Shown piece after piece: positions 22,791-33,900 of a stretch of 64,000 nucleotides of DNA (position 1 is the first letter of the stretch; each line of letters opens with the position of its first letter). Made by a program: the position numbers and the translations under genes. Under the pieces are notes generated by a model. That model saw only the letters and a program-made list of their open reading frames with translations. It searched no databases and had not been told where the DNA came from. The DNA is from Vicugna vicugna (taxonomy: Eukaryota): NCBI GenBank assembly GCA_013265495.1, contig MU060401.1, forward strand, positions 2,108,001 through 2,172,000, read 5' to 3'.

Positions 22791-24927
22791 TCCAGCTAAA
22801 AGCACCCTAAATTGACTTCAGAGTAGAGTGACTTTGGCCAATAAGAGAAATACTCCCCCAGAAAAGTTCTTTCCGTACCTTCAGAACTATGCTTTCAGGC
22901 CCATGACCATGCTCAGTGAGACTAGATGCAGGAGGGAAACTCAGCCATGGGGCCAGGCGGGCGGGATGCCAGGGTCTGCCCAGAAGTGGGGTGTGTTTCC
23001 GGCCACTGCTGAGAGGCCTGAGCCAGAGACACCATCCGGCCACTCACAGATAAAGCAACGTGCTAACCAGCCTAGAAAACGGTATCCAACCAGGATCTGA
23101 GGGTCTGAGTCCTGTGGCTTGATTGGCAGATACCAAGTGCACCGTAGGAAGCAGCAGGAGCTGGTTCTAGAAAAGCAGGCTGGTGGCAGCAGTGTGCCAG
23201 CACCTTCCGGAATGCCATTTAATGCAAAGTGACTCCACTGAGTAGATCTGTTACCACCATTTTACAGACGGAGAGATGGGAGGGTTAGGAAACCTCCCCA
23301 TTCTGTTCCCAAAAAAGTTCCTGCTGGGAACTGCCGGAGCTGGGACACGAACTCCACATGGAGCCTGTGGTCCCTACGCAGGCCGGCGGCCCGTGCCCCC
23401 AGGGCGGGCAGGCACACGAAGAGAGCACTGGATCCCAGCTTCCCCTAGTGTTCCCATCTTACGTTGCCATGGCGTCGATCAGAGCTCGGAGGTGCACTGG
23501 TATATTACCAGTCACTGAAAACCAGGCTCTTTGGGTCTCGGCACTGTTTCCCCTTCTGTCCCCATCACTGCCCGCCACGGATCAGACTCCTGTCTGTAAG
23601 CATGGGCGCCACTTTACAAAGGATGAGACGGAGGCTCGGGGGACTGTCCACCAACTCAGACCCCTCCCAACCCGACCTTGCTGAGTAATCCTGGGCACAA
23701 GTTGTGCCTGGAGTTTCTCTCATTCAGTGAGAATCATGGGCTTATAATTAAGAGCTGTAGCACTCAGGCAAGGCTTCTTGGTAGGGCGAGATTAGAAGTG
23801 GGCCCTAAGGAAAGGCAGGTGGTAGGGGCATGGGAAGCATCGCTGGTTTTGAGCAGAGACCTCCTACATGCCTGTGTTCCACCCTCCCTCCTCCTCCAGG
23901 CAGCACAATTTTAGGCACAGAGAAACTTAGTCCCCAGTAACTGAGAAATCCTAGTCCCGGAAGCTTCAGACCTCCAGATCTTCGTGCTTCTGATCAGATT
24001 CAGCTGGCAATTCACCCCCAGGGCTCAGACACCAGGTCTACAGACCCCCCGGAAGCACGTTGGCTGTTGCTGGCTGCACTGCCTGCGTGGGACAGCCCAG
24101 ATCCATCTTCCGAGATGGCCGAAGGCCACGGGGCCCACCTGTAAAACTCCCAACCCGGGCATCCTCAATGTGGCTTGTCCTAGCGGAAGAGTATTTTTTC
24201 GTGGTTTCAGCCCCACTCCTCATTTATCACAGCGGGCCTCTAACAATGAACTGGGGCAGAAGGGGGCCCGCGAGAAGTGGGGGAAGTTTACATGAGATTC
24301 CCCTGGGATGCTTTCAAAGCATGCAGAGGCCTGGGCGCCGCTCCAGACCCAGTGAAATCACCATCCCCAGGAACTGGGGCTCTGGTCTCTGGAGTTTTAC
24401 AATCTCCCAAATGATGGCTCCAAGCCAGCGTGAGCCACAATCCTGAATGTGTGGCCCGAGACGGTAGGAATCTTTTGAAGGAGTGGTGCGTGAAGAGAGG
24501 CATCTTTAAAGGTCCCGTGGGCGCACTGGGCAGACTGGGCCCCTGCTGGGTGTTATTCCTATACCATTTGAGTCAAGCCCCTCTCCTCCCAAGCAGGGGG
24601 TCCCTACTGGAGGCAAAGCAAACAGGTCACCGTATTGATGAAAAACTGCGCCCCATCCCAGTGTGGATGAGATGACACTTTGTAAAGAGTACATTAAAGA
24701 TTCTTCTTTGCAGGAGCTCCCCACCTGGATTCAGCGTTCGTCAAGTGCCCGGCACGACTACTGAGCGAGAGACGGGTCATCATTTTTCTTTCTGTTCAGA
24801 ACACTTCACCCCAGAACAAAAACTCCGAGGGCCCTCTGTGTAGGTTCCCAGGATGTAAATCATGCTTCCGAAGGAAAGTTTACATCCATATTTGCATCCC
24901 ACCAGTGTCAGCAAGAACCTTTAAGTA

Positions 24928-25193
24928 CAGGGGTTTCCTGAGTTTTAAATACCTGAGCTTTAGTTTGTAAGTTACACTTGTTTTATTAAACCGGGTATGT
25001 AAACGTGTATCATTAGAGCATCTCCCCACCTCTGCAAACCAAAGCAATACAACTTTTAAAAAGTCCATTTGTTTACTATTTTATTTTAATATCTTACTTC
25101 TCAGTTCTGCCGCCCGGAAGAATTCACTACTGATATGTTGGTGTGTATCTTTGTCCCCAGGGCAAAAATCACCCCCGTAGTTAAGAACCACTA
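24928..25193 (-). mobile_element. hAT MITE with MER20-like termini
   Basis: Minus strand starts tagtggttcttaac...gggggtgatttttgccc and ends gaaacccctg. Confidence 0.45.
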
Positions 25194-25199
25194 ATCTAC

Positions 25200-25355
25200 A
25201 TCCAGCAATGCTGAGGGATACACCTGAAGGTTGCTGCTGGTATCTGTGGGTAGGGGTCCAGGACACCGCTGAGCATCCTACGATACACGGGACAGCCCCC
25301 AAGCAAAGACTGACCCAGCCCCAAACACCTCCAGTGCTGAGACTGAGAAACCTTG
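25200..25355 (+). mobile_element. MER20 (3' two-thirds)
   Basis: gctgctggtatctgtgggtagg...catcctacgatacacgggacagccccca...gtgctgagactgagaaaccttg. Confidence 0.85.
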
Positions 25356-27153
25356 CTCTCGATAAATTCTGTGCATTCACACACAGGCACACGTATTGAA
25401 ACAGCTCTGGATGCTGCTCGTTGCCTGGTAACACTGAGGCCACGTGCGTTGCTCTGATGGATGCATCTTCCATCGAGCGTTTTTTTTTTTTTTTAAAAAA
25501 CTGGAAGTCATCTAATGCCTGTTACCTACATCTTAGCACATTTATCCACCAAATTCAAGTCGCCTGAGCTGTTGCATATGTGTCTCTTGTAGCCAAGAGA
25601 GAGGACTCTGGAACAGCAGAACAGAAAACCAGCTCCGGCCGGCAGAGCTGGACACCGTGCGGCTGTGTGTCCACCCACCTGTGCACTCACAAAGGGTCCT
25701 CTGCATCGTTGCGTTACTGGGGGCCTGGGAGGAAACCTTCCCTCCAGGAAAGAAAGGGCCGCTGTGGACGCTGCTCTCCGGGTCCTACGCCTGGAAGCGC
25801 ACATGAGTCACGGCTTTGAAATCTACCTCGGATGCCAGCTGAACGCAGAGGCTTTGCAACATCAAGTTGACAGATGTAGCCGGGCCTGCCCTGCTAGGGA
25901 CAGGCTCATCCATTTCCTGGGTTAAAAGAAATATTGCGTTTTTAAAGAGGAAAGAAACATATTTAAGAGATAAAGGAGGGGGAAGAAAGAGAAGCGTTTT
26001 CTGGTCATTAATTATAATAAAACACAGGGGGGGAAATTCACTTTAAAGGCCTGCTAAAGCCTCCTAATCTTCAAAGAGATAGAGGAGGCTCAGCTGCCCA
26101 GGAAGAGAGAAACTTCACCGGGGCACCACCATTCCTAACCTGCTGCAAACAGCTCAAGCCAGGGCTGGAGTCGGGGGACCGCACTGGGCTGGGCACACTA
26201 CACTCCTGCCCAGCTACTGCCCCGTGGGTGCCAGGCTCGGATCCAACCACGTGCGGTGGGATGGAGCTGGTTCCCCATCTGCCCCAGGGCCAGCACGCCC
26301 AAATGTTCACACTTCTTTTGGGGCCTCAAACTCTTGTTACCTGTTGGGACCCTGGCGTTCAGGGCGGAGTTCCAATTTAACGCCATCAGATCGTTGCCAG
26401 GTGAGAATGCACACCCGTGTGGTCTTTGGGCACAAGAGGCCCATCTCCTGGTTTTCCTGTCTCCGTCAGGTCACTGCCGTGCAAAAATGCAGACCTAGCA
26501 TTGCCAGACTTGGCTCACAAGGAGCCAATCCAGGTTTTTGTGGCCACTGTCCCTGAAGGCACACGCCAAACGCCTGCAGCTGAATTGAGCCCTCTTGTAA
26601 CCACTTGGACCATCTTGAGGGAGGTGACTTCAATTAATGCCGGAGTCTTAACGGCTGAACAGGACTTTATTTATCCAATGACCTCCTGGCTTGCTAGTCT
26701 GGGGTGTTGGAAGAACCCAAAGAGTTTTATAAGGCTGAGGGTAGGGGTACTGCGTCAGGGAGAGAACTGAGTATTTTTGGGGAATGGTATCGGCATTTAA
26801 GACTTCTTATAAATGTCCTGAGAAGTGTGTTTGCAAGCGCAGAGAATTCGGTTGTCCAACGGGAACCGGTTCTCCTGTGGGGCTTGTACCAAGAATAGAG
26901 GCTTTATAAGCTTTTCAATGTTTTGGGGGGGGAAAGAAACCTCCAACTTTCTACTTAATTCCAGAGGTGGGGAGAGAAGTAAGAAATTTGGATCACCCTG
27001 GAGAGGCAGGAAAACTCTTGCCCCCAAACACTTCCTCCCTCCCAGTGCTGCTTGGCCAGGCAGGACCAGTCCTAACATGTGCACTGCAGACTGCAGGTCC
27101 TGACTCATTAGAGGCCTTAAAACTCAGCGCCTTGAGTTGGGCAAAAGTAGAAA

Positions 27154-27237
27154 GGAGGGTATAGCTCAGGGGTAGAGCACATGCTTAGCATGCATGAAGT
27201 CCTGGGTTCAATCCCCAATACTTCCATTAAAAAAGAA
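27154..27237 (+). mobile_element. Camelid tRNA-derived SINE (Vic-1-like, short tail)
   Basis: ggagggtatagctcaggggtagagcacatgcttagcatgcatgaagtcctgggttcaatcccc, with A and B boxes, A tail and near-perfect TSD aaaa(g/a)tagaaa. Confidence 0.9.
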
Positions 27238-28628
27238 AAAAATAGAAAAACTGGAATTCGCTGTGTACAGAAGGGCAGATATCGCTTCAAGAGGCTTCTG
27301 TTTCCATTTCATACGCACACGTGGGTCCTGGAGCCGGCACCTGCAGACCTACAAGCCCGTTTGGCCCACCTTGTCCCAATTCCACGATCGATGACTCCTA
27401 AGCAATCATTTGAAATTGGTCCTGGTGTGAGTATTTACACCGAGGGAATTGGCCAACAAACCAGAATCCTTCCCCCAGGAGAGCTGGTTGTTTACACGGA
27501 ACTAGGGGGGCACCGGCCAGTGAGGAGGGTGTGTGCCAAACTCCTCCTCTGCCCGTAGAGAGGAAGTCACATGTTGTAGGTGGTGTTTCCGGGGATTTGT
27601 GGGTTTACCGGGAGCACCCTCGGGAGTAGGACCTGTGGGGACCAGAGGAGACAGGTGGGGCTTCCCCTGGGAGAAACTGAACCATAATGCAGCTGAAGCA
27701 GGGGCCTCAGGTGACCCCCCTGGGGGGCCTTGGGACAAGGCCATTCCAGTTGCACGGTGGAGATGAGCTCTGTGCCCTTCTGAGACCAGCCGTGGAGTGC
27801 AGGTGGCCCCTGAGGAGGGAGCAGATGCTGGGTGAAGCCACCCTCTGCAGAAGGCAGTTCCCAGAGAATGATGGACCTGGGAGCCATTAGCAGCCCAGAC
27901 TCACAGCCCTGGGGGAATGTTTCAGTCCAGAGAGAGACGAGCTGGGTGGAGCCTAGAGAGGAGATGCTACCCTCATGTGAATGAGCCTACACTGGAGAAT
28001 GGCAGGCCATGCTTTGGGCCCAGCTGTCCCAAAGTCAACCGATAGCCAGTTGACCCCCAAATTCCACCCAGCGGCATGTCACAAACTCTTGTCTCAAATA
28101 TATCCTGAACCCTCCCAGATTCTCCCTATTGGCTGCTGTAGAGAACGGAAGGAAGACGACCAGCTGGCTTCATCCATGGTGGTGGAAGGTTTTACTCTCC
28201 TATCTTTAACATTTGTACTAGTTAGTTTCCCACTGGCCTAAAACTAAAAGCTGAACTCCCTTCTCTAGCTGACAAAGTCCTGCATCGTCCAGCCCCCTCT
28301 GTCCTTTTCAGAGGCATCTCCTACCCACTCTCCGCCATATTCGGCCTTCCTGCAGGTTGAGAGCAAACCCAGTCGCATCTTACCCTCCTCTCCTCTTTGT
28401 TCCCTCCACCCGGAAGCCTCTTCACTCCTGCCCTTGGCTTCGCTGGCTTCCTGGTCTTTAGATCTCAGCCTGATCCGCTGCAGGCGGCCACCTTTGAGAT
28501 CTTCTTATTTGTCTGAGTGTCTATGGCGGCCGCGCTGGGCCACGTGGTGAAGAGTGATTACATCCTACTACTGGGACAGGAGAAGTATGGCTCTTTCTTG
28601 AAGGCAAGAGATCACACCTATATTCTTT

Positions 28629-28774
28629 TTTTTTAAATATATTTTTTATTGTTTTTGGAGGGGAGATAATTAAGTCTACTTATTTAATTTTAGAGGGGGT
28701 ACCGGGGATTGAACCCAGGACCTTGTGTATGCTAAGCATGTGCTCTACCACTGAGCACATGCTATACCCTCCCC
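28629..28774 (-). mobile_element. Camelid tRNA-derived SINE (Vic-1-like, long tail)
   Basis: Same tRNA-like head on the minus strand; perfect 12-bp TSD cctatattcttt at 28617-28628 and 28781-28792. Confidence 0.92.
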
Positions 28775-30639
28775 ACCGTTCCTATATTCTTTAGGTCTGC
28801 AATCTGATACCTCCAACAATGCTGGAACACAGCCGTTGCTCCAGTGTGTATTGGCTGAAAAATTAAAGGCAACTGAACTGGTCCAAGCACCAGCTGGAGA
28901 TCACGCAGCTGGGACCCTATCCAGGCAAGATTCCAAATGCAGAACACGTTCCTTACGTCCTCTCAGCCCACTGAAGTTTACCTGCAATGTCAGTGGACAG
29001 CTCCTGGCCCTTGGCCTCCATGCTGATGCCCCCCCCACACACACACACTTCTAAAGAATGTGCGCCTTTCTGCCTGAGAGCTTTCTCTGGCCACAGCAGC
29101 ATGCTATTAACAATTCAGACGTGTTGAGAAGTTGACACTTGGAGTGATCCTCTCATCCATCGGAAGCCCGGGGCGAGTGGTTAAATACCCCGAGCTTCCT
29201 CCTTAGAGAACAATCCTGAGGTTTGGTCTAAGCAGTTTCTCAAGAGATTCCCAATAGGAGAAACCTGAGTTGCTCAGGGTGGTCACCGTATGAACAGCCC
29301 CTTTAATGGGAGGCCGTCCTGGAAAGCATAATGGAGTACGGAAAGGGGACAGAAGGGGGGAAAACTGGCCAACTTAGCTGTACCCCAAGTTCTTGCCTGA
29401 CTTTTGGAGCCTTCTGACAGACCCTGAGCCGGCAGGTTGGCTAAGGTGGTCCCCTTGGGAGCTGATGGGTGGAACCCAATATGAAGCCTCGTCAATTCGG
29501 GTCTCCGATGACACCGCGCCCCAGCACTGGCCATCTCCGAGCAGAGCGGCAGTTGGCTGCAGGGACCGACCATTTCCCATGGAGCAGAAGCAGGTGCACT
29601 CAGGAGCCCTGGGAGGTGGAGGACCACCTTGAGCCACTTAGCCCAGCATTCTGGGCCGGAGATTGCAGGAGCCACCCCACCTCACACGTGGAAGCCTTCA
29701 GAGGCAGGTCCGGGGGCCCCACAGATTTATAGGTTGCAATCTCCTGCCTTGATCCTGGGCCACTCGCTTCCCGCACCCTCCCCACTCTGCATTCTCTACC
29801 TGCTCTGAAGTTATTGGGGCCTGGTGTGAATTTAGGAACCATAAAACCATCAAAGGGCTTGGCCCTGAGAACAATCAGTTGGGGAGTTTGCAATAAAGGA
29901 ACATCCTGCCCAGGAAGGTGTGAGACTTCAAGGCAAGCTGATGAGAGAGACTTCTGGAAGGGCCTTCTCCGGGGAGTTGGACACAGCTCACACATGGGAT
30001 GGCTTAAAGCGCCATCTGGCCTGGAGACGGGCGGATGGACCTCGTCAGCTGCCACGCAAGTCCCTGTCTCTCCAGGGCTCTGGGAGGAAGGCCACCCTGT
30101 CCTCCCCAGGACATCCACTCCAGTCGTCAGCGCACCTGGGCATGCATCAGACGGGACCACGTTTTCTAAACCAGCTCCTCCGTCCAGAGCCCCCTGCACA
30201 TGACATCATCCTCCTTTCCCACCGGCTGGTTGCTTCTCTCCAACCTCTGCACTCCCTCGGGCGAAGTACTTGAATGCAGCCAAGTGTGTGTGCCGAGGAT
30301 GCTGGAAACAGGACAGAGGTGCCCAGGGCAGTGCCTGCGGGCAGCTTCCTATCCTCAGGGGAGAACGAGGGCCTTAGAAGACAGAACCACCCCCTACACC
30401 ACAGAGGGACGAGAGCCGGGGAGCCATGCCGGGTAAGGGCGGGGGGAGTACAGAGGGGCTGTTTTAGACTTGTCCACTCAATGCCACCTCCTTAGGAAGG
30501 CTTCCCGAGGGCAGACAGGAAGTGAGCCGTGCTGGTCTCTAGGAGAAGCGTGTTCCTAGGGCAGAGGCTTGAAACAGGATCCATGCTTAGTGTGTCCAAG
30601 GACATCGGTGGGACTACTGTCTGCTTTCTCCCCCCACGA

Positions 30640-30850
30640 CTCCCTACTCATCACTTATGTCTTGGTCTCAACATCCCCCCTTCTCCAGTATCTCGCACCT
30701 GGCCAGATCCTACTCAGAGGACCTTTCATACACAGTGCAGGTGCCACCTCCTCCAGGAAGCCCTCCCTGCCCCACTCCGACAGAGAGCTGCCTAAGCCAA
30801 GGTCACGCTCTTCCCTGTGTATCCCACAGCCAGGGACACGCCCATGCAGG
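30640..30850 (+). mobile_element. L2 fragment
   Basis: cacctggccagatcctactc...gccacctcctccaggaagccctccctg. Confidence 0.65.
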
Positions 30851-32329
30851 GGTGTGAAGGCCTGGCCAGACCATCGCAGGATACCTGGGAAGGGTCGTTC
30901 TGGAGCCAGGGCTCCCGTGGGATTGGCCAGCACGGTCAGTGGGTTCCAACTGCAGCTCCCCCGTTCCACAGGGTGTCGATCCCAAGGTCACCCTCTAAAC
31001 TTCGCTTCAGCCCATTTCCAGGGAGACTCAGCCCATGATGTTCTGGGGGTACTTATCTGTCATCGTGGTCGCAGCCATGACCAAGCAGACAGCTGCCGTC
31101 TCGCTAACAGTTCATCCAGCATCCAGCCCGTTAGCCCCTTGAATAAGCACTTGGTGTGGGTACGTAAATTCTAAAGTGCTCAGAGTTGAGTGATCTTAAC
31201 TCCATTTTACAGAACATGGGGAAAGGGACTTGAAATAGGTCGCCCAAGGTTTCCTAGCAGATGAGAGGCAAGCTGGGGTCAGACACCAACCCACGTCCTC
31301 AGGCATTAATCAACACAGTCCCCGCTTTCTTGGCTGGTCATCCCCATCTCATTCCTGCTCCCAGGATGGTCATGACCTGGCCTCCCACCTGCGTGGCAGC
31401 CCCCAGAGTTGCCATCTGTTTCTCTCAAAGGTACCTGAGCCTGGGATGAAGATTATCAGCCCCTTGTCGGCTGTTACCCAGTTCTCTCAGCGTCATCTCA
31501 TGTCCCACTCTTAACGCGTTTTCCTGGACCTCGGACATGGTTCCTTTCTGTGCTTCTCTGCATAAAGCCCGCTGACCACTGTCACCAAGCAAAGGTCCTG
31601 CCCCTTGATGGACCAGCACACGCTCATCTACAGACACCACACTGTCCAAGAGCAGGGGTGTGGCTTGTTCACCATCACACAGCAACGGCACTGGAGTGGG
31701 CTGAACTTCCGTCTCGCCCGTAGAAGGTGCCTGTGCCTGCAGGGACTTTGACGTTCAAGAGAAGGGGGACCAGCTCTGGAGCCTGAGGCAGCCACAAGGG
31801 TCCCCAGGCTTCCCTAACAAGCGCTAGAGCTGAGGTCGTTCGGGGCCCCAGGTAGAAGTCAGTTTCATAGTATTGGCACATCCCTACACTTGGCCTTGGG
31901 GGCAGCCCTGCTGTGGTAGGGAGAGGGATGGATAAAGGGAAGGGGGTCGGGATTGGGATCACTAGTCCTTCCAGGGTGTGTAGCCTTGGGCAAGTTCCTT
32001 ATCCCCATTTTACAGCCGAGAAAACTGAGGCTCAGCTGGGGGCTGGGCAGGAATTGCTTATCTGTCTTAAAGAGTCTGTGCCTCTGATTTATAGCTTTTA
32101 TGAAGCACACACAGTTGTCCCAGCAACCCTGTATCTGGAAGGGAGTCTGAGCAACTGTAGACGGCGGTGCCTCCTCTCAGTAATGTGAAATCTGCACCGT
32201 GCGTCTCTCCTGTATCTCGTATGTTCCAAGAATCCTTGCACAGGAGGCCTGATAAGAACTTTGTGTGCTTTTTAGGGGATTGACTGGCCTGTGTTTGGAA
32301 AGCCCATGAGGCTGTCAGCCATCAGATTA

Positions 32330-32545
32330 GTCAGCAGCCCGGAGAAGCTCGGGGTTTAGGGCCAGGCAGATCTGGGCTTGAATACTGGTTCTCTTCCTAG
32401 TCCTTTGACTCCAGGCAGGTGACTCTACTTCTCAATCTTTCTCCGTCTATAAAATGGAAGGATTCTTTCCCCAGACCTCACGGTTGCGGTTTCAGAGCTT
32501 GGATGCTCTTTGCGTCTTTGGCCCAGACCGAGTGCCTTAAAACAG
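32330..32545 (+). mobile_element. MIR, near full length
   Basis: ggcagatctgggcttgaatactggttct...ggcaggtgact...tctataaaatggaagg...cctcacggttgc. Confidence 0.75.
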
Positions 32546-33019
32546 GCACCATTGATTTGGTCCATGGATCTCGTGAACATGAGATCGGGGTTTGGGGTCA
32601 AAAGCTCCATGTGGCACCCACTGGGGCAACTTGACTGAGCATTCTTGGAAGTGGATCCTTTCCCACTACTCAGATGGCTGGGGAGTTGTTGCTGGTTATC
32701 GATTCCTTTCCAGAATGGGCCTCTCCCCAGGGACATGGCTTCCTAAGACCATGGTTGCAGTTTCCAAGAACCGCCATCCTAAACCAGAGTGCCTGGAAGA
32801 AGCTATGTCCCCTTCTGTAATCTCGTCTTGGAAGACACTGGGGCATTTCCGCTGCAATTTATCAGCCAAGGGAGGCCGTTGTAAAGGCAGGTTTGGGTTC
32901 CCGGGTAAGGATGTGAAAGGTGAGAAAGATTTATACAACTGAAGAGAAACCAGAGTACAGGGGTGAGGATGGAGTTCCCACCTCTTGATTGGGAGATAAG
33001 TGTTCTGACCCCTTTTGGA

Positions 33020-33454
33020 AAGTGTCCTGTGCCCCTCTGCTGATGTCCCAAGTTCAGCTCAGCTGCCCACGTCAAGCATTGGCGTCGCTGCCTTGCTTGG
33101 CTTTGGGATGAGCCAGCACTCAGCACCAGCCTGGAAGCACGGGGGACTGCACACTCCCGAGTACCCTAACTGGCTCCTTCCCATCCCTGTTTGGTCTCAC
33201 GCTGTTTGGATCTTCAACCAAGCAGACACTTGAAGTCCTCGCGCCTGGCCCTTCCTGCCTACAGTGGCACTTCCCTAATGCAGGCTTTTCTCTGGAGCAT
33301 CCTGTGGGCTGAGATCTTATTGGATCTCCATCGCGACCTGAGGCTCTCCCTGACCACTTCTGCTTCCTTTTCACTTCACACAGGCATCACCCACCCTCCC
33401 CATAAGCTGCTGGTGATTCTCACTTCTGGCTCCTCCAGAGAGCAGCTGCTGACA
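33020..33454 (+). mobile_element. LTR33-type ERVL LTR
   Basis: gatctccatcgcgacctgaggctctccctgacc...ctgcttcc...cacacagg...gctgaca; 5' boundary approximate. Confidence 0.7.
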
Positions 33455-33559
33455 CACCCTCATCTACTTCCCGAGGAGAGACGCGATCTCACAGTGACTT
33501 CCAATAAGGACCAGTAACAGCCTTTGCCCAGTCTCGGCTCGGGTCCCCTGCTCAGCCGG

Positions 33560-33900
33560 GCCTCCCTCCCTCCCTCCCCGTCACGCCTCGTCCACCTCCC
33601 ACGTCAGGGCAGCCCTCCTCAGGTGGCCACAATTTCCCAGGGAGGTTCTGCCCTGAGTCCTCCCCCAAGCCATCTTTAAAACATAAATTGCTGACCCGGG
33701 ATGTGTTGGTGCTGAGTTTATCACGCAGCTCAATGCCGGCCTTCTTCCTTCAACTCAAGAGCCAAAACTAATATAAACACTCCACTCCCCATTCGTTACC
33801 CTAATGCCATCAGCGATCTGACCAGGCCTGACCCCATCCCAGGCCTCCTGATTTACGGCCTCACGAACAGATGCCCGGCTCCGTTCTCGGCCGCTGCCTC
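33560..33900. promoter_or_regulatory. Enhancer-like CpG-bearing block with a posterior HOX-PBX site
   Basis: TGATTTACGGCC 33849-33860, CATAAATT 33682-33689, (CCCT)3CCCC 33564-33579. Confidence 0.35.

Noticed and set aside
27154-27237. tRNA gene-like sequence
   Set aside because: A tail, TSD and a degenerate acceptor stem show a SINE, not a tRNA gene.
29600-31174. ORFs of about 200 aa at 29600-30199 and 30569-31174
   Set aside because: No recognisable homology; the second overlaps an L2 fragment.
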